From positions 4,486 through 68,485 of the IMG/VR virus record IMGVR_UViG_3300036864_000176: DNA of 64,000 nucleotides; one strand, written 5' to 3'. This DNA is from a virus. Under the pieces are notes generated by a model. That model was not told the origin of the DNA and did no database searches. It saw only the letters and a list, made by a program, of their open reading frames with translations. Of this stretch, positions 17,327-25,899 are shown one piece after another. Position numbers and translations under genes: made by a program. How positions within the stretch are numbered: position 1 is the first letter of the stretch; each line of letters opens with the position of its first letter.

Positions 17327-17503
17327 TGACGCCCAATCTCTATCTCATCATCGGCGGCGTGACAGCAGCAGCAATCGGCGGCGTGCGGCACTGGCTCACA
17401 CGCGGTAGGTCGGCTTCTCCTGCAGTGAACGAGAAGGCGACTGGCACCGGCGTCCCTGAAGGTGGCGCGAAAGGGGAGATCCACGCGGTCTCCAAGCAAC
17501 CCA

Positions 17504-18247
17504 ATGGCACAACTGAATAAGACGAAATCGTTCCTCGACACCGTCCTGCAGAAGCTCCCCGAGGCCGAGCGTGACGCGGCCCGCTCGCTCTACAGCCAGG
17601 CGCAGGACGAAGCCACAGCCCTCGATCGGCAGCTGACCGAGGGGATCGCCCAGGTCAACGCCAAGGCGGCGGAGCAGGCCGCCTGGTGGGAGAAGCACAA
17701 GCACCTCGCGCAGCCGGGCGCGCACCCCAACGGGCAGCCAAACGGCAACGGACAGCCCAACGGCCAGCCGGTATTCGATCCGGCCGCCTTCATGGGCGAG
17801 ATCGACAAGCGCATCAACACCGTGGCTGACACGCTGGCCGGGCAGGGACTCGCCCTCTCGACCATTCTGCCGACGCTGGTGGCGCAGCACGGAGTGGAGT
17901 TCGGCGAAGTGCTCGACGCCGAGAAGCTGGCCAAGGAGGCGCTCGCGGCGAACATGGACATCCGCGCCTATTACGGCCAGTCGGTCGCCGAGCGGCGCAC
18001 CACCAAAGCGAAAGAGAAACACGATGCCGACATCAAGGCGGCGGAAGAGCGCGGCCGGGTGGCCGGGCTCGCCGAGGCGGGCAAGTCGATGATGCCCTAC
18101 CCCTCGACCCGCCAGTCGGCGACCACGTTGTCGGGACTCCGGATCCCCGAAGCGGAGAAAACCGCCGCGGCGAATCAGTACTCGCTCGATGCGGCGGTCC
18201 AGACGGCGATGGAGGTCATGCACAAGCAGGCCGGTTCGTCGGCCTAG
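17504..18247 (+). CDS. Capsid scaffolding protein (start may be 17462)
   Basis: Helical, charged, directly upstream of capsid gene. Confidence 0.7.
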   Translation: MAQLNKTKSFLDTVLQKLPEAERDAARSLYSQAQDEATALDRQLTEGIAQVNAKAAEQAAWWEKHKHLAQPGAHPNGQPNGNGQPNGQPVFDPAAFMGEIDKRINTVADTLAGQGLALSTILPTLVAQHGVEFGEVLDAEKLAKEALAANMDIRAYYGQSVAERRTTKAKEKHDADIKAAEERGRVAGLAEAGKSMMPYPSTRQSATTLSGLRIPEAEKTAAANQYSLDAAVQTAMEVMHKQAGSSA

Positions 18248-18307
18248 AGACGCCTGCACCGCTCGGTCTCGATCCGGGAGGGTGGCGGGCGAGAAGGACA
18301 GAGAACC

Positions 18308-19480
18308 ATGCAACAGCTCGCGCGGGCAACGCGCTGGCTCGCGGCCCACCGCTTCCTCGTCGTGGTCGCCGGCCTGCTCGTTCTGGCCCTCTCCCATCCC
18401 GAAGTCCTCGTCCTCGCACCAGCCGTCATCGGCCTGGTCAACCTTGATCCGATCAACACGGCCACGACGAAGAACATCATGCCGGGGCTGGCCGACAACT
18501 TCTTCAAGAACGATCCGCTGATGGAGTTCCTGAAGGCGCGGCACCACGTCTATCCCGGCGGCCCGCAGATCCAGGAGAACTTCCTGTTCAAGCCGCTCAT
18601 CGGGCAGGCGTACGCCAAGGGCGTCGGCGGCTTCAACATCAGCAAGCGGCAGACCTTCGCCGGCCTGCTCTTCGGGCCGAAGTACTACGAAGTGTCAGTC
18701 CCCGAGTACCTCGAGGAAGTCGAGATCGAGGTCAACGGCCCGACTGCCGTGCTCTCGATGGTGAAGACCGACTATGGCAACGCGGCCCTCACGATGTCGG
18801 CGATCCTGGCGATCGACAACTACCAGGGCGGCCAGGATCTCGGGGGCGTCGACCGCACCCTGCATATCAACGGTCTCGCTGAGCTCGGGGACGGGCTGGC
18901 CGCCTCCTGGGACGGCAACACCTATCTCAGTTATGGCAGCCAGACCATTGCGGGGGTCGGCGCCGCGATCAAGACGCCGGTCGGGCTCATCGCGGCCAAC
19001 ATCAACGGCCCGATCACCTTCCGCGCGCTCGAGCACAGTTACCAGAGCTGTGTGATCGGCCGTGAGCACCCCGTCATCGGCGTCACGACCAACCGCTGCA
19101 CCGGGTTCATCTCGGAGAGCTTTCAGCCGCATCAGGTGATCGATTCGGTCGAACCGACCATCGGCTACGTTGGGCTGAAGTTCAAGCGGGCGACGATCGT
19201 CGAGAGTCAGTACGCGCCTGGCGCCGACGGCGTGAACGACGCCGACCTGGGCAACTACAACGCCTCCGGGGAGACCTTCTGGTGGCTCAATCCCGGCCCC
19301 GAAGGCGAAGACGCCTACATCAAGCTGCGGATCTCGGTGTCGCCGCTGTTCCAGTTCGGCACGACCGGTTTCAAGCCGGCGCAGGACAACACCGTCGTCG
19401 TGGCGCAGGTGCTCTTCGCCGGTAACTTGACGGTGCGCGCGCGCCGGCTGCAGCGGGCGCTGTTCGGCATCACCGGGTAG
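18308..19480 (+). CDS. Major capsid protein with hydrophobic N-terminal leader
   Basis: IN..T...I.P.LADNFFKNDPL...L...GG..I pattern; size and position. Confidence 0.85.
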   Translation: MQQLARATRWLAAHRFLVVVAGLLVLALSHPEVLVLAPAVIGLVNLDPINTATTKNIMPGLADNFFKNDPLMEFLKARHHVYPGGPQIQENFLFKPLIGQAYAKGVGGFNISKRQTFAGLLFGPKYYEVSVPEYLEEVEIEVNGPTAVLSMVKTDYGNAALTMSAILAIDNYQGGQDLGGVDRTLHINGLAELGDGLAASWDGNTYLSYGSQTIAGVGAAIKTPVGLIAANINGPITFRALEHSYQSCVIGREHPVIGVTTNRCTGFISESFQPHQVIDSVEPTIGYVGLKFKRATIVESQYAPGADGVNDADLGNYNASGETFWWLNPGPEGEDAYIKLRISVSPLFQFGTTGFKPAQDNTVVVAQVLFAGNLTVRARRLQRALFGITG

Positions 19481-19506
19481 ATTTCGACTGAGAAACAGCA
19501 GGCTTG

Positions 19507-19531
19507 ACCCACCGGCATTCCGCCGGTGGGC
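19507..19531 (+). other. Intergenic GC hairpin after capsid gene (mRNA stabiliser/processing site)
   Basis: CCCACCGGC-ATTCC-GCCGGTGGG; no U-tract. Confidence 0.5.
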
Positions 19532-19562
19532 ATACCCTGCCAGGCTCGAAAGGACCACGTCC

Positions 19563-20102
19563 ATGCCGCTGGGTCGCTATATCCAATCGCCCTACTTCGC
19601 CACGGGCAATCCGGAAACCGAGGAGATGACGACGCTCTACGCGCCGGGGATGCTCGGACTCCGCGCCGAGTTCGACCAGGGGTTGCTCGCCGGGCCGCCC
19701 AATCCGTGCGTCTACCAGCTGGTGAAGCAGTACACCTCGATTCAGGGGGTCGTCGGCAACGTGATGTACTGGGTCACGAAGTCCGCCTACACCGTCACGA
19801 CGACGGCGACCAACACCGGACAGGTCGCTGGCATCTGCCGCATCGCGGCGGCCGCGGCGGCGACCTACATCTGGATCCTGAAGAAGGGCGACCGCGAAGT
19901 CCTGTTCATCGACGCACCCACCGTGGCGCCCGATGCGACCGGTCTGCCAGTGCTGGGCGTGACGGCGACGGCGGGCAAAGCCGATTCCAAGGCGCTGACG
20001 ACGGGCGCGATCCCGTGGCCGTGCATTGGTACGACCCTCGCCGCGCAGGATGCGACGAGCAAGCTGGCGCTGGTGCGGGTCAACATTCCGGACCAGTACT
20101 GA
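19563..20102 (+). CDS. Capsid decoration/cement-like protein
   Basis: Follows MCP; LG.R....YQLVK...Y.WI...G pattern. Confidence 0.6.
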   Translation: MPLGRYIQSPYFATGNPETEEMTTLYAPGMLGLRAEFDQGLLAGPPNPCVYQLVKQYTSIQGVVGNVMYWVTKSAYTVTTTATNTGQVAGICRIAAAAAATYIWILKKGDREVLFIDAPTVAPDATGLPVLGVTATAGKADSKALTTGAIPWPCIGTTLAAQDATSKLALVRVNIPDQY

Positions 20103-20195
20103 CTGAGTACTCGGCCTGAGTACTCGGCCTTTACGGACGACGGGCCGCTTCGCTGATCGGCGGAGCGGCCCACAGGTGTACGCAAAGGAGTGCCT

Positions 20196-20537
20196 ATGGC
20201 AGCAGGTGTCGTCTCACGCACGATCTCTCGCGGCAAGGATGTCTGGGGGCATACGGCGGTCATGCCCTTCAGCTACTACGGGCCGACGTCGTATTCCACC
20301 GGCGGCGAAACGATTGCCGCCAACGTCTTCAAGCTGGGCGTCATCGAAGAGATTCCGCCGTTTCTCGGCGTCAACTCGGCGGGCACGCTGGCCGTCGTCT
20401 ACCAGTACAACTACGCAACCGGGAAGATGCAGGCATTCTGGCAGAACGAAGCCGCGTCCTCCGCGCTGGTCGAAGTGCCAGCCACGACGAATCTGTCTGT
20501 CTACACCGGGCGCGGCCGCGCGTACGGGAAAGGCTAA
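20196..20537 (+). CDS. Small virion structural protein
   Basis: GPTSYSTGGE...EV....NLS motif; AAGGAG RBS. Confidence 0.65.
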   Translation: MAAGVVSRTISRGKDVWGHTAVMPFSYYGPTSYSTGGETIAANVFKLGVIEEIPPFLGVNSAGTLAVVYQYNYATGKMQAFWQNEAASSALVEVPATTNLSVYTGRGRAYGKG

Positions 20538-20546
20538 GGAGTTCCC

Positions 20547-21086
20547 ATGCTTCGCCGTTTTCTCAACGTACTCGAGCAGTCGCCCGGCGGCCTGCTGCAC
20601 AGCCTGGTCTCCAGTGTGGCCGATGCCGTCACCGCGTTAGACGCGGCCGATACGAAGGTCGCCTTCGCAACGACGCAGTTCGACGCCGTGACCGGCACGA
20701 CCGGCGCGACGCTAACCAACGTCGTCGGCATGGTGCTGACGCTCGCCGCCGGCACGTATCACTTCCGGCTCAACCTGCCGGGCGTCGCTACGGCGAACAG
20801 CGGCGTGAAGTACGGCTTCAAGTACACGACGACGGTGCTGACGTCGCTGGAAGCGACCGGGCGTGGCCACACCGCATCCGCCGTGGCGGTGCAGCACACC
20901 ACGACCGCGACAGACCAGGCAGCACTGTTCGCGCAGACGGCCGCCGTGATCGACACCGTCATCGAAGGCCGGATGGTCGTCGCGACCGGCGGCACGGTGC
21001 AGCTGCAGGCGGCGCAGAACGCGGCGCACGTCGACACCACGTCGGTCTATGTCGGCGCGTCGATGACCTTCACCAAGGTCAGCTGA
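20547..21086 (+). CDS. Beta-sandwich virion protein
   Basis: Thr/Ala-rich; GTVQLQAAQN...GASM C-terminal pattern of fibre heads. Confidence 0.65.
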   Translation: MLRRFLNVLEQSPGGLLHSLVSSVADAVTALDAADTKVAFATTQFDAVTGTTGATLTNVVGMVLTLAAGTYHFRLNLPGVATANSGVKYGFKYTTTVLTSLEATGRGHTASAVAVQHTTTATDQAALFAQTAAVIDTVIEGRMVVATGGTVQLQAAQNAAHVDTTSVYVGASMTFTKVS

Positions 21087-21115
21087 GGTTCGCTGCGCGG
21101 GGAGGATAGCGGGGC

Positions 21116-22066
21116 GTGTCACAGTTCACGATTTACCGGTCGACTGATGGCAGCGCCCCGACCCTCTCCGGCACGGCGGGCGACCTGACGACCCTCCTCG
21201 ATGCCTGTCTCGTGAACGGCTACGGCGCGAAAGCGAACGCGGGGTGGACGATCGCCTACACGGCGACGAACCGCCGTGCGTATCGCAACGGGAGTGGCAG
21301 CACGCAGCTCTATTGGCGCGTGCGCGATGACGCGGGCGGCACGGGTGGCGCGAAGGAAGCGCTGATTCGCGGCTACGAAACGATGTCGGATGTGAATACG
21401 GGGACGAACCCGTTTCCGACCAACGCACAATTGGCCCTGACCGACAACTCGCTGATGATTCGTAAGTCAGCGACGGCGGATGCGACGGCGCGGGCGTGGA
21501 TCGTGGTGGCCGATGCGAAGACCTGCTACGTCTTCATCGCGACCGGGGATTTAGCGAACACCTACATAGGCACGGGTTTCGGAGACTGCTACAGCGTCGT
21601 CAGTGGGGATGTGTGGAACGCCTTCGTCATCGCGCGGGGGGCCGAAAACACAGCCACCGTTACGTCGAACGGGGGCGAACTGGATGCACTCCAGAGTGCG
21701 CTGAACAACACGATGGCCGGTCATTACCTCGCGCGGTCATATACCGGAGCGAGTGGTTCCTATCAGTTCTGCTGTGTCACGACATGGTCCGCCACTTCTT
21801 TCGCCTTCAGCACCGTCTATCCTCCCTACCCGAATCCAGCCGACAACAGCATCTACTTGTCGCGAGTATTTATTGGCTCCTCTTCAGGGCTTGTTCACTT
21901 ACGCGGGTATCTGCGCGGTCTGTGGCACTGGCTCCACAACGGCGGCGTGAACGACGGTGACACCTTTAACGGTTCTGGTGATCTGGCTGGTAAGACGTTT
22001 CTTATCGTGAAGTTCAGCCAAAACCAAGGGTGTTTCGTGATCGAAACCTCGAACACGCTCCCCTAA
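21116..22066 (+). CDS. Virion/tail-associated protein
   Basis: SAPTLSGTAG.L..LLDACLVNGYG....GWT motif typical of phage structural proteins. Confidence 0.7.
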   Translation: MSQFTIYRSTDGSAPTLSGTAGDLTTLLDACLVNGYGAKANAGWTIAYTATNRRAYRNGSGSTQLYWRVRDDAGGTGGAKEALIRGYETMSDVNTGTNPFPTNAQLALTDNSLMIRKSATADATARAWIVVADAKTCYVFIATGDLANTYIGTGFGDCYSVVSGDVWNAFVIARGAENTATVTSNGGELDALQSALNNTMAGHYLARSYTGASGSYQFCCVTTWSATSFAFSTVYPPYPNPADNSIYLSRVFIGSSSGLVHLRGYLRGLWHWLHNGGVNDGDTFNGSGDLAGKTFLIVKFSQNQGCFVIETSNTLP

Positions 22067-22069
22067 CTT

Positions 22070-22216
22070 ATGGCTGCCCTTGCCTACACGGCCCAGGATT
22101 CCACGTCGGCGCTGAGCGCTGGCGCGCAGGCCGCGAAGGCGTTGTCGTCGACGGCGAAATCCTCGGAGCTGATGCGGCCGCCGGGCTACCCAAAGAGCCG
22201 CGTTGTGAACGAATGA
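22070..22216 (+). CDS. Small 48-aa protein
   Basis: Read by hand: MAALAYTAQ...GYPKSRVVNE; exactly fills the gap with an ATGA overlap. Confidence 0.55.
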   Translation: MAALAYTAQDSTSALSAGAQAAKALSSTAKSSELMRPPGYPKSRVVNE

Positions 22217-22893
22217 GGGTCATCAAGCTCGCGACGGCGTACACCCTGACCGTCTTTATGACGGACACGGATCACATCACCGGCAAGACCGGGCTGACGC
22301 TGACCATCACTGCCAGCAAGGCCGGCGCGGCGTTCGGCAGCATCACGCCGACCGTCACTGAGCTCGTCAACGGCTGGTACGCGCTCGCGCTCACCGCTTC
22401 GCACACCGATACCCTCGGCGACCTGGCGTTCCACATCACGGCGAGCGGCGCCGACCCGACCGACCTCGTCCTGCAGGTGCGCGCGAACGTGCTCGGCGAC
22501 ACGCTCCCGGCCTCCCTCGCCGACAAGACCGGCTTCGCACTCACCGCCGCCTACGATCCGGCGAAGACCGCCGCCCAGGCCGCCGATCTCGCGACGGTCG
22601 CGGGGTACATCGACACGGAAGTCGCCGCGATCAAAGCGAAGACGGACAACCTCCCAAGCGATCCGGCCGACCAGTCCGTCCTGGAGGCAGCGCTCGCGGC
22701 GCTTCCCCTGGCCCCGTCCGCGGCGGCGATCCGGGCGGAGATCGACAGCGCCTCGACGCAACTGGCCGCGATCAAGGCGAAAACCGACAACCTGCCGACG
22801 GACCCGGCCGACCAGTCGCTGCTCATCGCCGCCATCGCGGCCATTCCGGCGCCGCCGGCCGTGCCCAGTGGCGCGTCGCTCGTCCAGGCGTGA
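22213..22893 (+). CDS. Fibre-like virion protein with Ig-like N-domain and AAIKAKTDNLP repeats
   Basis: TGKTGLT...ELVNGWY...TDTLG; AAIKAKTDNLPxDPADQS x2. Confidence 0.75.
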   Translation: MRVIKLATAYTLTVFMTDTDHITGKTGLTLTITASKAGAAFGSITPTVTELVNGWYALALTASHTDTLGDLAFHITASGADPTDLVLQVRANVLGDTLPASLADKTGFALTAAYDPAKTAAQAADLATVAGYIDTEVAAIKAKTDNLPSDPADQSVLEAALAALPLAPSAAAIRAEIDSASTQLAAIKAKTDNLPTDPADQSLLIAAIAAIPAPPAVPSGASLVQA

Positions 22894-22939
22894 GATACCG
22901 GGAGATGCCAGGGTGCCGAGGATGCCGTAGGATGCACGT

Positions 22940-24259
22940 ATGAGTGAGGCACTCGGCAACCGGGCGGTGGGATCGACCATCCGGAAGTATTTCCGGACGA
23001 CGAGCCAGGCATCGCTGCCGATCACCCTGGTCGGCGGGGCGGTCCGCGTCTACAAGGACGGCGGGGTCATCGAATCGGCGGCTGGTGTCACGCTCACGAC
23101 CGACTTCGACGGCACGGTCGGCCTACACCTCGTCACCATCGACACCACGACCGATGCGGTGTTCTACGCGGTCGGGTCCAGTTACGCGGTGGTCCTCACC
23201 GCAGGCACCGTGGACGGCCTCTCGGTGGCCGGCGTGCCGCTGGCCAGCTTCTCGCTCATCACCGCGGCAGCTGCCGCCGTCGCGATTGCCGGGGTTACTC
23301 CGCTTCCCGGCCAGGTCACGTTCGAGTCGGTCTGGCGCATGGTCCTCGGCCATGCGCCGATTGCCGGCGCCGGGCTCGCGCGCGAATGGACGCAGTGGGC
23401 CTATAGCGAGTTCTGCCTCGCGCGTCGATCCTGGGCCCACCTGCGGGTCCAGAGCGGCCTCTCCATCACCGCCTCACGGAGCGGTACCTGTGCGGTCGTG
23501 CAGGGCCAGGCCAGCGCCGCCTCTGGCACACTCGTCTTTGTCGCCGGGGACGTCGGCCGCACCTTCCGGGTCGGCACCGGCGCCTACTACACGATTCTCA
23601 GCGTCACGACCGGGGTGGCCGCCCTCGATCGCGCCTTCGCTGAGACGACGGATGCGGCCGCGGCCGGCACCGTCTTTGACGGCTATGCCACCCTACCGGC
23701 CGACTTCGCGCGCTTTCTCGCGGTGATCGATCCGTCGATGCGGTGGCGCATTCGGTTCGACGTCAGCAGCGACTGGCTGAACCGGCTGGATCCCGTCCGG
23801 CAATCCGCAACCGGCTCGCCGCGGATCCTGGCCAACGCCACGTTCTCGCCCGTTGCCGCCACGCTCGGCCAGCCCCGCTATGAGTGGTACCAGACCTCGG
23901 CGAGCGCGCGGTCGTTCCCGATGTGGTACCTCCGCAAGCCGGAGCTGCTGACCGACGATCAGGTGCTCATCGGCCCGCTCGGCGATCGCAAGGACATCCT
24001 GGTCGAGGGGGCGCTCAGCCGGGCGGCGCTCTGGCCGGGCCTCGAGGGGCGGCGCAATCCCTACTTCAACCTGCCGCTGGCTCAGGTTCACGACACGAAG
24101 TTCCGCGATAAGATTTCCGCGTCCTACGTCGCCGACGAAGAGCTGTACTGGGAAGGGCTGCCGGTGGCCGAGATGGGCTACGCGCAGTTCCCGTTCGACT
24201 CGGCGTGGATGCAGCAGCACGACATTCCGGCGATGGGTGACCTGGCCAGCTGGTACTGA
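22940..24259 (+). CDS. Head-tail adaptor/ring-like protein with accessory beta domains
   Basis: W..L...YATLPADF...GSPR...Y.RKP..L...ILVEGAL adaptor pattern. Confidence 0.6.
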   Translation: MSEALGNRAVGSTIRKYFRTTSQASLPITLVGGAVRVYKDGGVIESAAGVTLTTDFDGTVGLHLVTIDTTTDAVFYAVGSSYAVVLTAGTVDGLSVAGVPLASFSLITAAAAAVAIAGVTPLPGQVTFESVWRMVLGHAPIAGAGLAREWTQWAYSEFCLARRSWAHLRVQSGLSITASRSGTCAVVQGQASAASGTLVFVAGDVGRTFRVGTGAYYTILSVTTGVAALDRAFAETTDAAAAGTVFDGYATLPADFARFLAVIDPSMRWRIRFDVSSDWLNRLDPVRQSATGSPRILANATFSPVAATLGQPRYEWYQTSASARSFPMWYLRKPELLTDDQVLIGPLGDRKDILVEGALSRAALWPGLEGRRNPYFNLPLAQVHDTKFRDKISASYVADEELYWEGLPVAEMGYAQFPFDSAWMQQHDIPAMGDLASWY

Positions 24260-24279
24260 GACGATCGAAGGAGATCACC

Positions 24280-24501
24280 ATGAAGGACTTTGGCGGCATC
24301 AGCTCGTTGTTCGAAGACGCGATTGCGCCGGTGCACACCAGCGGAGACGCGGCCAACGCCGACGTACGTGGCGGCATCAGTCTGCGCGACGGCACCGGCC
24401 AGACCGCAGGTGGTGAGACCGGGCAGCACATCAACACGGTGACGCTGCCGCAAAGCGACGTCAGCCCGACCGCGGCCGGCAAGACGATCAAGGGATCCTG
24501 A
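24280..24501 (+). CDS. Small hypothetical protein
   Basis: AAGGAG RBS; clean ORF. Confidence 0.65.
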   Translation: MKDFGGISSLFEDAIAPVHTSGDAANADVRGGISLRDGTGQTAGGETGQHINTVTLPQSDVSPTAAGKTIKGS

Positions 24502-24517
24502 CGGCAAAGGAGCCCCC

Positions 24518-25027
24518 ATGGCGCTCACGATTCCGGTTCGCACCAAGTCGGCCGTGCACTTCATCGGGGCGATTGCCGCCGCGGGGGCGGCCGCCACTGA
24601 ACACCTGAAGACGGTCGGCAATTCCTCGGTCACAGCTGGTGTCGTCCCTGAAGGACTGGCAGCCGGCGGCCACGTCCGATCGCGCGTGCGCTCGATCCGG
24701 ATCCTCTCAGTGCAGCTGCTGCCGTGGGAAGTGCAGCTCTTTCACAAGGCAACCGGCGTCGGCGGCGCGGTGCTCGACACCGAGAGCTTCATCGGGTTGT
24801 GGTCGTTCGGCGGCAGCGGCACACCGGGGGACGGCAGCCAGGCGACCGGCGACACGTTCTACTACTACTACGTCGACGGGCTCGACGTGCCCTACGAGGA
24901 TCTCGACAAGACGAGCCAGATCCACGTCCGGCTGGTCAACCGGCACGCGGTGACGGCGAAGATTGCCGGCGCGACTGGGGCGATCACAATCGAGTTCGGC
25001 ATGGAGCCGTCGACCGGGAGGCCGTGA
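24518..25027 (+). CDS. Virion structural protein
   Basis: AAGGAG RBS; beta-rich; YEDLD...IHVRLVNR. Confidence 0.65.
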   Translation: MALTIPVRTKSAVHFIGAIAAAGAAATEHLKTVGNSSVTAGVVPEGLAAGGHVRSRVRSIRILSVQLLPWEVQLFHKATGVGGAVLDTESFIGLWSFGGSGTPGDGSQATGDTFYYYYVDGLDVPYEDLDKTSQIHVRLVNRHAVTAKIAGATGAITIEFGMEPSTGRP

Positions 25028-25029
25028 CG

Positions 25030-25890
25030 ATGAGGTCGATGAGGCAGCACCGATTGGCATGGCTGACGACAACGACGACTATCCTCGTCGTCCTGCTGCT
25101 CATGGCGGGGGCGGTCTCCGGCCAAGCACCGCTCTCCGCCCAGATTCAGCGTGCCCTTCGCAACATCTCGACGCTCGGCATCGCCAGTACCGGGACGCTC
25201 ACCTTCGGCGGCGACACTACGCTGGCGCGCGGCGCCGGGGCCGGCACGATCAAGCTCACCGCCGCGACCACCACTAACACGTTCTCGATCGCCAACGGAT
25301 CGAACCTGGAGGTCGGGGCGATCGGGTGGAGCGGGAACAACTTCCGAGTCGGTACTATCGGCGGCGTCAACGGCGGGACGGCGCGGGACACGGTCATCGG
25401 TTCGGCGGCGGGGGCGGCGAACGGGATCTACCTGGCCACCGAGGACACGTCGCGTTGGCAGATCGCGTCGACCGGGCTGCTCCGTCCGATGGTCGACAAT
25501 GCCTACGACATCGGCGATGCGACCCACCGCATCCGCACGCTCTACGCCGCCGCCTACGGCCCCAGCAGTAGTAAGGCGTCGTACCCGGCGCAGACCACCA
25601 CGGTCCGCACGATCAAGGGCACGGCCGGCACGTTGATGGGGTACTACATTTACAACCCGAACGCGGCCGTGGCCTACGTCCAGTTCTTCGATGTCGCCTC
25701 TGCGACCCCCGTCACGCTCGGCACGACTGTTCCTGACCTCACCTACGGCATCCCGGCAACCGCCGGGGCCAATCTCATCTCCGACACCGGAATCACCTTC
25801 ACCAACGGAATCAAGATGGCGGTGACGACGACGGCGACCGGGCTGACCGCGCCGGGTACGGGGCTCGACGTGAATATCTACTATCAGTGA
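25030..25890 (+). CDS. Tail-fibre-like protein with Sec-type signal peptide
   Basis: MRSMRQHR..ILVVLLLMAGAVSG/QAP; P..DNAYDIG....RIRTLY fibre motif; C-terminal YNPNAAVAYVQFFD...TPVTLGTTVP jelly-roll. Confidence 0.75.
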   Translation: MRSMRQHRLAWLTTTTTILVVLLLMAGAVSGQAPLSAQIQRALRNISTLGIASTGTLTFGGDTTLARGAGAGTIKLTAATTTNTFSIANGSNLEVGAIGWSGNNFRVGTIGGVNGGTARDTVIGSAAGAANGIYLATEDTSRWQIASTGLLRPMVDNAYDIGDATHRIRTLYAAAYGPSSSKASYPAQTTTVRTIKGTAGTLMGYYIYNPNAAVAYVQFFDVASATPVTLGTTVPDLTYGIPATAGANLISDTGITFTNGIKMAVTTTATGLTAPGTGLDVNIYYQ

Positions 25891-25899
25891 ACCGCTGAC

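Noticed and set aside
17326-17520. 64-aa ORF before the scaffold gene
   Set aside because: Overlaps hairpins and the scaffold start; cannot tell coding from structured leader
22620-22820. Near-identical DNA repeats as DGR template/variable region or CRISPR
   Set aside because: In-frame protein repeat with mostly synonymous differences; no reverse transcriptase or spacer pattern in the window
22906-22943. GGATGC short repeats / tiny ORF MPGCRGCRRMHV
   Set aside because: Too short; explained by the promoter of 22940
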